NCBI RefSeq assembly: GCF_963921235.1
Contig: NC_086097.1
Coordinates: 121,460,001 to 121,524,000, forward strand
Direction of reading: 5' to 3'
Source of the DNA: Mobula hypostoma
Taxonomy: Eukaryota
Length of the DNA stretch: 64,000 nucleotides
The notes beneath the pieces are model-generated. The model was not told the DNA's origin. It saw only the letters and a list, made by a program, of their open reading frames with translations, and made no database searches. The stretch's first letter is position 1, and every line of letters starts with the position of its first letter. The translations under genes and the position numbers were made by a program. This document shows positions 38,298-50,670 of the stretch, piece after piece.

Positions 38298-38992
38298 AAC
38301 TGCAATTCTTGATTGTTAATTTCAAAACTTGAAACTCCTTCAGCAATCTATTTATTTATTTATTGGGGTACTGTGTGGAATAGTTCTGTCCAGCCCTTCG
38401 AGCCACACTGCACAGCAATCTGCGATTTAATCTGCATCATGGGACAATTAACAATGACCAATTAACCTACCTGTGCGCCTTTGGACTGTGAGAGGAAAGC
38501 GAAGCAGCCAAAGGAAACTCACGCTGTCATGAGGAGAACATACAAGTTCCTTACAGGCAGTGACGAGAATTGAACCTGGGTCGCCTATACTGTAAAGCGT
38601 TGTATTAACCACCACACTACCGTGCCACCCCAAGTCAAAGCTGTATACTGTTCCACATAAAAGGTCATCTTTTCCTATTTTCCATGATCCTTTGCAACTT
38701 TGACGACCCTGTCCTGAATCAAATTGCTAATCCAAAAACCTGATTTCAATCTGTTTCATTTATCCATGGGTTGGCCTTTAGCTTTACTTGTCCATCCTAA
38801 TGTTCTGACTCCTGTTCTCCCAGCATGTGACCCCTATATTTTTTACATCTATTATAACCTACCCACTTTCTATTCACTCTTTATACAGTACCATTTAACA
38901 GTCATAACTAAAATTGCTTTAAAAAAGGACACATTAAAATCGGCTACTTTGTTACTGAAATACATTAAAACCTATTTTTGGTCTTGCTGTAT

Positions 38993-39172
38993 TAACACCC
39001 ACAAAATGCTAGAGGAACTCAGCAGGTCAGGCAACATCTATGGAAAGGAATAAATGGTTAACTTTTCAGGCTGAGACCCTTTCCATAGATGCTGTCTGAC
39101 CTGCTGAGTTCCTCAAACATCTTACATACAGTATGTTACTCTAGATTTCCAGCATCTGCAGAGCCTCTTGTG
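38993..39172. mobile_element. Fold-back Penelope-tail insertion
   Basis: gaggaactcagcaggtcaggcaacatctatggaaagg versus cctttccatagatgctgtctgacctgctgagttcctc; TSD tttttg[g/a]tcttgct[g/a]tat (38975, 39173). Confidence 0.85.
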
Positions 39173-39267
39173 TTTTTGATCTTGCTATATCTTGTTTAAT
39201 TGATTTGCTGAAGATATGTGAATGAATTTCTTACCAGTTATCAAAATACTTCTCTGTCATCACACAG

Positions 39268-39384
39268 GTGAACACTGCTGCGAAGGACATTCTCCTTTAC
39301 TTAATGCAAGGATACCTAGTTATGAGTGCTTTAAGCTGGAACAAGTTACTAGAAGCTTTATATCCTGTTATTCCTGTCCTGCAG
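39268..39384 (+). CDS. RTTN: Rotatin coding exon (9th in window)
   Basis: cacag|GTG acceptor, CAG|gtaatt donor. [39 protein letters not shown]. Confidence 0.95.
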
Positions 39385-39839
39385 GTAATTTTAACTTCAT
39401 ATTTCTGAAATTTATCTTGTTCTTAATTTTTTATGCAGCAGATACATCACTGGGTTCAACTATACCTGTCTTTATTACCAATATGCCAGAATAATCAGAA
39501 AGTTGTAATGAAACTGAAGGATTGAAGGGAGGCTCTGTATTCTGCTTTACCTCGGCATCACATTAATATTAACCTGCACACCATTAAAGGGCAGAATTAA
39601 ATATTCATTCTTCATAGACTTTGGCTGTAGAATAATTTTGCACTTGACTGCCCCATTCTGTAATGCAAGATGGCCAGGACCTGATTGACAAGGCCTTGTG
39701 TGATTTGCAGGTGAGCAAAAAGTAGCCTCACTTGTAAAATGCTGAGTAAACCTTCGTTAGATTAAAAACATCTTTGTCATCTGTCATTGCTATCAAGCAG
39801 TATAAAGATAAACTAAAAATTTTATCTTAAATAAGACAT

Positions 39840-40380
39840 AGTATAGTACAGGCACTTTGACCCATGATGTTGTGCCGACCTTTTAACCTACTCGAAGATC
39901 AGTTTAACCCTTCCCTCCCACACAACCCTCTTATTTTTCTTCCATCTAAGAGTTCTTTAAATGTCCAAATGTCCCTAATATATCTGCCGCTATCATCACC
40001 CCCGGCAGAGCATTCCGTGCACTTGCGACTTGTGATGTTGAAAAAAAATACCTCTGCTATCCCACCCTTTGATATCCAATTACCTTCAAATTATGCCATC
40101 TTGTATTAGCTTTGCTGCCCTGGGGAGAAGATGCTGACTGTCTACTCTATCAACTTATCAACTTCTGTACCTCTATCATGTCACCTCTCATACTTTGCTC
40201 CAAAGAGAAAAGCCCTTGATCACTTAACCTGTCCTCATGAGACATGCTTTCTAATCCATGCAGTATCCTGGTAATCTCTACACTTTCTCTAAAGCTTCCA
40301 CACCATCCTTGCTGCAATGAAGTGACCAGAATTCAACGCAGTACTCCAATTGTGGTCTAACCAGAGTATTGTAGAGCTTA
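39840..40380 (-). mobile_element. CR1 LINE 3' fragment
   Basis: cagtactccaattgtggtctaaccaga is the reverse complement of LVRP.LEYC; tail at 39840. Confidence 0.8.
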
Positions 40381-41714
40381 AATACTTAATTTAAATACTT
40401 AAGATACTTAAATATAAATGCTTAATTTAAATAAAACATTATTGCATATACAAATTGTTTAAAATATGATATCCTAACCTTGCCTGTCTTTCTCACAGCT
40501 GTAAACTTTCCATTGAAACAAATAAGCATGCAGCTTTATGGGTTAAGTATAACCTGTTGTAGAGTCTGAATGCAGATCCTCCAGCATACAGTCTGGGGAA
40601 CTTCAAGCAAGTCTTTGCTACTGCACTCTTTCCTGTTAGGCACACTGACAGATTTGCCATTTCTGGGCTTCTGTGTTCATAAATATGCCTGTATTTTACC
40701 AGCAAGATCGAATACAATACCTAAAATTTGTCATAGAGCCAGGATATTCTGTAAGTTGTGAAAACATTTGCATGAACAGGGAAGTTCCAAGCCCTCACAT
40801 TTTATTCGTTTAGAGATAAGGTAATGGGTCCTTCCAGCTGAATGACCCTGTACCACCCAGTTGCACTCTTGTGACCAATTAGCCTAATAACCCATCTTTG
40901 AAATGTGGGAGGGAACGGGAGCACTCGGGAGACCCTCACGGTCATAGGGAGAACGTGCAAACTCCTTACAGACATTGGCAGGGATTGAACCCACGTCACT
41001 GGCGCTGTAATAGCATTAGACTAACTGCTGCACTACCATATTTTATTGCAACTTATTTGTGAACGTGATGCAAATCCACTATTTGCTGTGAGAAGCAGGA
41101 GTTACATAGAGCTTTTTACTTAGTAAATGCTGCTCCTGCAGCCATGATGAAGCAAATATTCAGTGGAAAATTGGAAAGCATCTTGCACTTGGTGTAGTTT
41201 CATCTTAAACATGCTGCCTTAGAATTTATTAGTGTTAAGACTCTCTAGCACTTTTCCCTTCGTGCTTTCTTTAAAAGCTGCCTAAGTATTATGAGTTAGC
41301 GCTCACAGTCTAACTGCAACTGTCCACTTGTGATTCTTTTAAACTTTCTCAATTGGGAGATGATCTTTTTTAAAGCACTCCCTTGGAATCTTGCGCAGTT
41401 GCCAGCAGAGCTTGGGCTTCATCGCTGTTGGAAGTAAATGTCTTTCCTGTTTTAGAGAGTGTTTGATGTTTTAGAAGTGATTCATGCGTCGTGATAGGCT
41501 GTTTGTGTTGCGATGCCAGGTTACCATCTAGGGCAATGGTCAGATTAGCTTGGTAGGAACTGATTTCCAGATGTGAGGCGACCTCTAACATGAATCAGTG
41601 CAGGAGAAGGAATCCTGAGCTTACTAGATTTAGGAAGGTTACAGCTCTACAATTTGTGCATAATGTTTACATACAAAGTGAAAGTAAATTTATTATCAAG
41701 GCACGTGTATGTCA

Positions 41715-42034
41715 TGTGTTGATCCGTGGCCAAGTGGATAAGACGTCGGTCTAGTGATCTGAAGGTCACTAGTTAGAGCCTCAGCTGAGGCAGCGTGTTG
41801 TGTCCTTGAGCAAGGCACTTAACCACACATTGCTCTGCGATTCTGCGATGACACTGGTGCCAAGCTGTATCGGCCCTAGTGCCCTTCCCTTGGACAACAT
41901 TGGTGGCATGGAGAGGGGAGACTTGCAACGTGGGCAGCTGCCGGTGTTCCATACAACCTTGCCCAGGCCTGCGCCCTGGAAACCTTCCAAGGTGCAAATC
42001 CATGGTCTCACGAGACTAACGGATGCTTATTACA
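41715..42034 (+). mobile_element. tRNA-headed CORE-type SINE with RTE-like tail
   Basis: A-box tggccaagtgg, core gtgtccttgagcaaggcacttaacc, TSD tgtatgtca (41706, 42035); tail also present at 61977-62056. Confidence 0.75.
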
Positions 42035-43275
42035 TGTATGTCACAATATATTACTGTAAAATTAATTTTCTTGCAGGCATTTGCAGGAAGATAAAGAAGT
42101 ACAATGGAATTAATAAAACCTATTCATTAACAAAGGCTGACAAACAACCAATGTGCAAAGGAAGACACATCACACAAATAATTAAATAATATTGTGAATA
42201 TGAGTTGCAGAATCCTTGAAAGTGAGCCTATAGGTTGTGGATTCAGTTCAGAGTTGAAGTGAGTGAAGTTATCCATGCTAGTTCTGGAGCTTTGTATTCC
42301 ATTTGGGAGGAACAATACCTTATATTCTTACCTTATTACTTTCTTGCATGGCCTTCTGTCTCTTTCACCAATCAACTTCCTAGCTCTTTCTTTGATGGTT
42401 GTGGAGTAATAACTAGGCAGCATGATAACGTAGTGCTTAGTGTAATGTTATCGCAGTGCCAGCAACCTGGGTTGGATTCCCACCGCTATCCATAAAGAGT
42501 TCATACACTTTCCCTGTGGCCGTGTGGGTTTCCTCCAGCATTCCAAAGGTGTACGGGTTAATAGGTTAGCTGGTTGCGTGGGTGTAATCGAACGGCACAG
42601 GCTGATTGGGCCATATGGGCCAAGTACCATGCTGTATCTCAAAATAAATAACTAAGTCACTGTTCCTGTGATTGGTGGTGCCAGGAACAGAAAAGACCAC
42701 AGGAAGTGGTGCACACAGCCACGTCAAGACACAGTCTTTGTCGTAGCATTTTAACCGTTCAGGTACCAGGTTAGTTTTCACATACACACTAGGCAGACAA
42801 AAACTTCCTACACTTGCTTGCAACCAGAGAGAGAAACCACTCTTATCTCCTCTTATTAGCGGTCACTCACAGCTACTTACATGCTAATGGAGTAAGTTGG
42901 CCACATTGCAGATTTGCATCTCCAATTTGCTTGGCATTCTTGAGCTCAGTGACTGACCAGTCCACAGGTGTGCCCTCTTCCTTACTCAGCTTGGTGTAAC
43001 TAATGTACACATTCTGCAGTTGCTGGAAATCTTGAGCAACACACACAAAATATTAGAGGAACTCTGCAGGTCAGCCAGCATCTATAGAGGGGAACAAACA
43101 ATTGTTGTTTTGGGCCAAGACCCTTTTGTCAGGACTGGAAAGGAAGGAAGAAGAAGATAGAAAGAGAAGGTGGGCGAGCGAAAACAGATCAGAACTGGTA
43201 TTTTTTCACCATGCTTCAGCATGACATTAACTTTGACAGACAAAAGAGCGTTAAGCTGTCATGCAGTTTATTAGT

Positions 43276-43671
43276 CGTTGTCGTCGTGGCTATCCCTTGA
43301 GGTCAAGGGTGATGGTCTTCATTCTGAAGAAGTGGCCCACAGAGCAAAGACGCCTGTGTGTGTGTGTATTTGTTTAATATGTACTTCACAAATCAACCAA
43401 CTGATTCCAATGGCATGGAAACCACGACGACTGGAGCTGATGGATTTGTTGCAGCCTTCATCCGCCTTCACAGCCGTTGAGTTCGAAGTAACTTCATCTG
43501 CCTGTTCCACCGTTGAGGTCTTGGTTGGATTGTTCTTTGTCAGGGACCTCACCCTTGACCTTACCGCCCTGGGTGACCCTACCAGGAGCATAGCTCCAGA
43601 CGGCATCGCTTTTGGGATCACAGAACCACACAAGCCTCTCCACCACGACAAGGTGACAATCCACGGAGATG
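43276..43671 (-). mobile_element. Short non-autonomous RTE-derived element (5' end fused to 3' tail)
   Basis: Minus strand starts ..ccttgtcgtggtggagaggcttgtgt (BovB/Expander-like 5' end) and ends in a (acg)n-like tail; flanked by agttta[t/c]agt-type repeat (43265, 43672). Confidence 0.65.
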
Positions 43672-45384
43672 AGTTTATCAGTTACTCCTTATGAAACTGA
43701 TGACAGCCATACAAAAATTTAAGATTGGTTCCTAGTCTCCAAGTTGATAGATGCATGCTAAGGTGCTGAATGGAAAAAGATGACTTCCATGAAATGTGCT
43801 GTAAGTACTATTCACAGTGGCCCTGCACCCCTCTTTCTTGTTTTTTCTTGCTCCAATTCCACCTTACCTCACCTATTTCTCCTTCTTGCTCTCATCCTCA
43901 TTTCCATTGTCCATCCTTTTCCTCTCTCTTATTTCTTATCTTTGCCCTTTTGCTGGAGGATCTCGGACAGGGCTCTGTTTGCCTATACAACCATCTTAGC
44001 CGCAGAATCATGGATGAGTATTGGGAGTGCATTGTTTGCTGCAGGTAGGTAGATTGAGTTTGAGGAGTCCTTTAATAGGTCCCATATGCCAGAGTGATTG
44101 TCATTATTTTAGAACTCTCTCTGGTGGTTGTGAACAAACAGGAATGCAAAGCGAGTAGAGACTGTAGCTCTCAAACTTTAAAATACCAAGCTGAATCTTC
44201 AGAGAAATGATCCAGAGCCACAAGTAACCATATTTGTCATTATTACTTGCATATCACTGGAATGTTCTCTGTGATCAAGTTTCTCCATATTTTAGACAAA
44301 ACAAAATGATTTTTTTTTGTAATTTATTTCTTATTGAAGTTTATCATCAAACAAACATTTTAATGCCCCAAATTTTAAAAATCTAGATCTAGAGTTCAAG
44401 TGGCCGTACAAATCCAAGAACACACAATCCTGTTAATTGAGGATGGGAACAAATGCTGGAAATATAAAACCCAAATAGAAATGAAGTCCTTTATTTGCTG
44501 ATGCTGTTTGACTTGCTGAATATTTCTCATTTTCTTTTGTTACTTTACATTCTCTGTTTGCATAGAGAAAACATGTGATTCCAAAGAATTAACAAATGCT
44601 ATGCCCTTTACATTTAAGCTGTAGTCTTGTAATTTAGCTTTACACTTTTGGCTCTTGTATGTTGATTCTCAATGATATCAAGATTTGAAAGTTGCTTTGT
44701 AGCTAACATCCCTCTTGTGTACCAGTGGCATTAATAACTAAAATGAGAGGAAAATATAGGCTGATTATGCAACTTCAATCCATGTGAGAGACATCAGCAT
44801 CAACATATTTTTTAACTTGAAACAATCAGTATTTCTAATTTTATGTTTTCATTAGCTTTTATGTTTTCATGTCTGATGGTATTATTGAGCTTTCCCATTA
44901 TTTGCACATCTTCTTGATTGATTTAACTTAACCACCACGTCATGTCTTAAAGTAGATTTAGGAGTCAGCTGATCAGACTCTCTGTCTACATTGCACCATT
45001 CATTTTCACCTCAGTTCTAATTATATAGTTTTCCCATGCTTCCCATGTTATCTTCCTCTGACAGAAGCCTAATCAATATCTGCTCTGGAAATTTCAATTG
45101 AATCAATCTCTACAATCTGTTGGAAGAAGTGTGTGTTCTGATTTCCATCATGTTCATAAGGTAAAGGCACCTCTAAATTGCATAGTTCCAATTTTAATCT
45201 TGATTTAAAGTTCAATGTAAATTTATTATCAAAGTACATATATGTCACCATATAGTACTAAATTAAGGTTCACTTTCTTGCGGGCATTCACAGTAATTAC
45301 AAAGAAACACAGGAGAACTGATGGGGGAAAAAAATCTGAATTCCCTCATAAGATAAGTGTGTTCTTGGCATTTACTAAATCTCT

Positions 45385-45619
45385 GGGACGGCTGGTGGCA
45401 CAGTGGCATCAGCGTCGAACTTCGGAGCGAAGGCTCCTGAGACCCCCCCCCCCGGGCACGCTTTCCATCCGTGCCGAGTTGAGCATCGAGCTAGCCACTC
45501 GGCTTTGTAAAAAACAAAAAAAACAAGGGTCAAGTCAGGAACACTCATACCGTGACCCAATTAATCCAAAAGGAGACCAATCTTGACATTACACGCCAGG
45601 CAAGAATGTATGAATGAAT
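45385..45619 (+). mobile_element. Short tRNA-headed SINE with 9-bp TSD
   Basis: A-box-like tggcacagtgg, (tgaa)n tail, TSD taaatctct at 45376 and 45620. Confidence 0.7.
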
Positions 45620-45929
45620 TAAATCTCTTAATCATTTTATATATTTCAACTGTTCCACTGATGGCAAGTACAAATCAAGCTGTCCTCAAACTTTTCTGGT
45701 GAGTTTGAGCTGCACCCTCTGCAAGACTACCATAATGGAGAACATCAATGGCAAAATGTTTTTTTTTGTTTCTTCATTGTTCAGTTGCAAATTGGTTTGT
45801 GCATTTTCTGTCTGGTGTGAAATGTGATGATGTCCATTTCAAGGTTGTTTCATGCACCTTCAGAAATTTGATTAGGGGCTTCATAACATGTCACCTTTGA
45901 GACACTGACATGATTTCTATATCACAATT

Positions 45930-46285
45930 GTATAAGACTATTGAATATTGAAAGGCCAGATAGAGTGGACATGGCGAAGATTTTTTCTATAGGGGGGGAG
46001 TCTTGGACCTGAGGGCACAACCTCAGAATAGAAGGACTTCCCTTTAGAACAGAGATGAAGAGGAATTTCTTCAGCCAGAGGGTGGTGAATCTGTGGAATT
46101 CATTGCCACAGACAGCTGTGGAGGCCAAGACTTTGGGTATATTTAAAGCAGAGATTGATAGGTTCTTGATTCGTAGGGGTGTCAAACGTTATGTGGGAAA
46201 AGGCAAGAGAGTGAGGTTGAGATGGATAATAAATCAGCCATGATAGAATGGTGGAGCTGAATTCTGCTCCTACGTCTGATGATCT
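45930..46285 (+). mobile_element. CR1 LINE 3' end
   Basis: ORF 46055..46243 KRNFFSQRVVNLWNSLPQTAVEA. Confidence 0.85.
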
Positions 46286-48000
46286 AAAGATTGCTGATCT
46301 TCAAGCAATGCTTTTTTGAGCACTGCAGAAGTTTGACCTAGCTGTCTCAGGCACACTTCTTGTTAGGCAAGATTGATGTGCAAAATGGACCTTCATTTTT
46401 GATTTGTGTCTTCCCTGACTTAATGTTTAAAAAGCTTGTCCTCTATTTTTATTCTCCCCATCTATCACAGCTGAACTGCTAATTCTTGATTTTTCCTGCC
46501 ATTCCTCATCAATAAAATAAAGAAAATCACGATCTTTACACTGCCTCCTCAACTTTTTTTGACATGCTAAGCTCGTTAGTTCCTTGCTCTCTGTCCGTCC
46601 AAGGTACCCTTTATCATTAGAATGTTTGGTACAAACCTTTTCAGTGCTTCAGGTAGTGCTTGACTAAGGCGATGTACAAATAAAGCTTGGCATTCTTTGG
46701 TAATAAAAACATATTGGGCACATGGTCGTGTTTTGCTAATTTGTTTAAGTCCCCTAATATCTTTTGTTCTCCATCATGAATGATTCTCTCCATGAGAAAA
46801 TATTTTGATTTATACTTTCAGATAACTTCAATCGCCAGAAAACTGAACTGATCACTGAACACAACCAACAGAGTCACTTTCAAGGACTCTGCAACTCCTG
46901 TTCTCAGTTGCTGTATGTCTGTCTATCTACACAGTTTGTCTTTTGCACATTGGTTGTATGTCAGTTTGTGTGTAGTTTTTCATTGATTCTATTGTATTTT
47001 TTTCTACTGTGAACACCTGTAAGAAAATGAATCTCAGGGTAGTATATGATGGTATATACAGCAGCTGCTTTGATGATAAAACCAGAATGGTGACCCCATA
47101 TTCATTTCAGATTGCCATAGGAATGACTGCACTTTGTGTTCATTTGTCACTCTCTCCATCCATTTACATAAATACTTTCCCTCAACTTTCTATCATCCTC
47201 AAGTTTGAATATATCATTTTTTCATGTGTGATTAATATTTATGGTGAAAGGCTGAGTTCTGAAATCTGATTCCTAAGCATAATCAAAATCAGCTCTTCAC
47301 TCTCAATCTCTATTTTCAGTCTGTTTCCTCTCTACAAGCAGGCATCTGTTGTAAGATTAGGTCGAATTTCATGATTTTATTTTTGCTTTTAGTCTTGTGC
47401 AGCAACTAATCAATGTTGTCTGGTAGACCGTATAACTAATATCCGTGAATGTTTGCATCAATCTAGCAAACTAAAAATAGTCAATAAAATTAAGTAATAA
47501 TGACCTGTCCTTCTTCAATCGATTCACACCTGTCCAAGTGCCCAGTCGGATAACTTACCACAATTCACATTAAACAAAACATTTCTTTTTTTTTTCTCCC
47601 ATTCTTTTAAAATTATGGAATGGCATATCATTTACTAGTTTTATTTGAAAATGCAAGTTTTGCAGATGAAGAGTTTCAGGACTTAATGATGTGCTGTTTT
47701 CTCAGCTATCGTTTTTCATATCCTGAAGTATAAACCTTAGGACCCTTGAGATCTGTGTTGCCTTAAACCTTTTACTTTCTGCAGTAGCATTTTGTTATCT
47801 GCTGTATGTTCATTCTCTAATTTCAAGATTCAAGACTGCTTATTGTCATCAGTACCGGTGTAAAAGGAAAATAAAATAATTGTTACACCGAATCTGATGC
47901 AGCATGAACAAACAGCTAATACGCTTAACAAAACACAATAAAAGCAATCTTATAAGACAGAATGTACAGTAACTGAGTGTGGCTCTACATACATAAGATT

Positions 48001-48030
48001 AGTTTATATACAAACGTTTGTATATAAACT
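48001..48030. repeat. Perfect 30-bp palindrome
   Basis: agtttatatacaaac|gtttgtatataaact is its own reverse complement. Confidence 0.95.
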
Positions 48031-48483
48031 GTACATATAGTGATATAAAGAAACACAGTAGGGCAGTGACTGTCACTGTAGGTATGAGGTACTGGCTCAT
48101 CCTTCATTGCGATATGAATGGAGTTGAATAGAGTTTATAAAAACAGTCACCTTTAACATGGCATTTACATAGGTTTAATCCCTACCTAGATAATGAATTT
48201 TCTCAGAATCCTTGGCTACTTCAATTAGGTTCAGGGGATGTTTAGTAGATTACTCCTTGAGTGATATCATAATAAGTCTCAATATGTGGTTTGATTTTTC
48301 TCTTGTGTTCTTTCAGGAAAAAATATTCAATTTTATTTCCTCAAGATGAGGCACATCACAAAAAAAATACAAATTGAATATTGGAATTAAACTGAGTTTG
48401 AGCGCCAGTCCTTCTGTCAATGAAAGTGACCATTATTGTTTTGAAGCATCATCATTGATCATTGTGTTCATTGAATTTTATAG

Positions 48484-48623
48484 GGGTTTGCAACTGTCGA
48501 AGAGTCACTAGGTCGCTGTATTCTTGCATTGAGTGAGCCATGCAGTGGATCTGTACCTGGAGTTTTATCAAAGACAGCAAGGATCCATGCCTCTCTACGA
48601 CTCTTTATGAGTAAACAGCATCC
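48484..48623 (+). CDS. RTTN: Rotatin coding exon (10th in window; not shown in the ORF track)
   Basis: ttatag|GGG acceptor, TCC|gtaagc donor (phase 2). GFATVEESLGRCILALSEPCSGSVPGVLSKTARIHASLRLFMSKQH(P); bridges the phase 0 to phase 2 gap between its neighbours. Confidence 0.9.
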
Positions 48624-48726
48624 GTAAGCAGAATAATTTATTTTAAAGTAACCCACTCTTTGGTTTTGGACTGAAATCCAACTATGTAAAGAAATCAAAC
48701 AGTAGCGGAATCAAATTGTGTTTATG

Positions 48727-49238
48727 CACTCAGTGGCCACTTTATTAGGTACAGGGATGGAACCAAGTATGGCATTCAGTTGCTGTAGACCTATCCACTT
48801 CAATGCACGACGTGTCATGCATTCACAGGTGCTCTTCTGCAAACTATTGTTGTAAAGCGTGGTTATTTGAATTAATGTTGGCTTCCTGGCAGTTGAGCCA
48901 ATCCGGCCATTTTCCTCTGACCTCTCATTAACAAGGCATTTTCATACACTGAACTGCCATTCACATGTATTTTTTTCGTACCATTCGCTGTAATCTCTAG
49001 AGACTTGTGCATGAAAATCCCAGGAGATCAGCAATTTTGTGAGATAGCTCAGAACCAGCAATCATTCCACAGTCAAAGTCACTTGGATCGTATTTCTACC
49101 CCATTCTGAAGTTTGATCTGAGCAACAACTGAACCTTGACCATGTCTGCATGCTGTTTATGCATTGAGTTACTTCCACATGTTTGATTGGATTTTTGCAT
49201 TAACTAGCAGGTGTACTTAATAAAGTAGACATCGAGTG
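48727..49238. mobile_element. Non-autonomous Tc1-type element
   Basis: TIR cactcagtggccactttattaggtaca and degenerate tgtacttaataaagtagacatcgagtg|TA. Confidence 0.8.
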
Positions 49239-49991
49239 TATATGAAGAGAACTGTGAATGTGAACTGCCACTATATGGATTAATATGGTCTACATTCATT
49301 CAGTTTTCCTGTACTGTCCTCTGATTCCTTGACTGAAGTTGCTTTAAAATATATATATCACTTTTGCTCTCTATATTCAGTTTATCTTGAAACAGTGTTG
49401 TTTTGTTTAGATTTCTCCAAACAAAGAAAGCCATCTCAGTACCTACCCTTTCAAACCCTTAAGTTTTATATTTGTTCATTTTCTAAAGAAAATATGATGC
49501 TTATAAGCCGGGATGACATGATAAAAGTGACTAGAAGACTCCTACTTCTCAGATGACTGGACAATAAGTTGGATGGTAATCTCTGGCATGTCAATGCAAA
49601 CATTAATGTGCAAATTGAGTTTAAGATGCTTTGTTCCTTTGGAGATTTCTCTGTTAGCAGGAAGATAAGAAAGGCTTGAAGTCTGGATACTCAGCTGTAA
49701 GTAACTCAATGCAATTACTAGGTTTTGCTTTGAAATTTTTTAAATTGATTACTTAAATGTGATTTGAGTGGCAATAAGTTAAATTCAACAGTTACTTTTT
49801 GTTTTTTGCTATACCTTCAGAACTTCTAATCAGATCATTATCAGAATGATAGTTTTTGAATTAAATTAGTACAGCTTTAGTTCTGTAAATTTGTAACATA
49901 CTTATCTACCTCATTTATAACTGGTCTACTTTGTTATCCATAATCAAATTTATTTTTCCTGAATGTAATACAGTTTTTAATTCCAACAAAT

Positions 49992-50318
49992 ATGTAGCGG
50001 TTAGCGTAAGGCTTTACAGCACCAGGGACCAGGGTTCAATTCTCAGCGCTGTCTGTAAGGAGATGTAGTTCTCCCAGAGGCTGCGTGGGTTTCCTCCAGA
50101 TGCTTCGGTTTCTTCACGCATTACAAAGATGTACAGTTAGGATTAGTAAGTTGTGGGCATGCTGTGTTGGTGCTGGAAGCATGGCGACACTTATGGGTTT
50201 CCCCCAGTAAATCCTTGGATTGTGTTGGTCTTTGACGAAGAACAAATTATTTCCATAAACTATAAGACATTGGAGCAGAATGTATGTTTCGTGTACCTGT
50301 GACAAATAAAGCTAATAT
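49992..50318 (+). mobile_element. V-SINE copy abutting an RTTN splice acceptor
   Basis: tagcggttagcgtaa A-box region, ggttcaattc B-box, gcgtgggtttcctccagatgcttcggtttc V domain, tail gacaaataaagctaat. Confidence 0.8.
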
Positions 50319-50351
50319 GTATTTATTTAATTTTTTTTCTGTTTGATCAAG

Positions 50352-50523
50352 AGTGCGATCCGTGGCTATTACACACTTAATGCCACACCTGCTAAATGAA
50401 GACAGGGTCACTGATAAACTGCCTGCATTACAAGGAAGTATATTCAACAATGTGTCTGATCTGTATATATTGGATAAGCCTATTGACTTACAGTTGGAAG
50501 ACATTGGCAAAACATTTTTAAAG
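50352..50523 (+). CDS. RTTN: Rotatin coding exon (11th in window)
   Basis: atcaag|AGTG acceptor (AAG type), AAG|gtaaga donor. VRSVAITHLMPHLLNEDRVTDKLPALQGSIFNNVSDLYILDKPIDLQLEDIGKTFLK. Confidence 0.92.
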
Positions 50524-50670
50524 GTAAGAATCCTTTTTTTTCTTTTGTCCATATACAGTAGGTCATGCCTCGTTGCACTATAAAGTTTGTCTTTCCAGAC
50601 ATATAATTCCTAAAAATGTGGTAACAGGATGCTCAAGGTAAAAGCTAAGCGACAAATATTATGAATCAAG

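Noticed and set aside
41370..41591. 73-aa minus-strand ORF with protein-like composition
   Set aside because: No recognisable motif, no clear donor or partner exons; cannot be supported without a homology search.
41724..41790. tRNA gene
   Set aside because: A-box present but B-box degenerate, and it continues into SINE body sequence; it is a SINE head, like the other tRNA-like stretches in the window.
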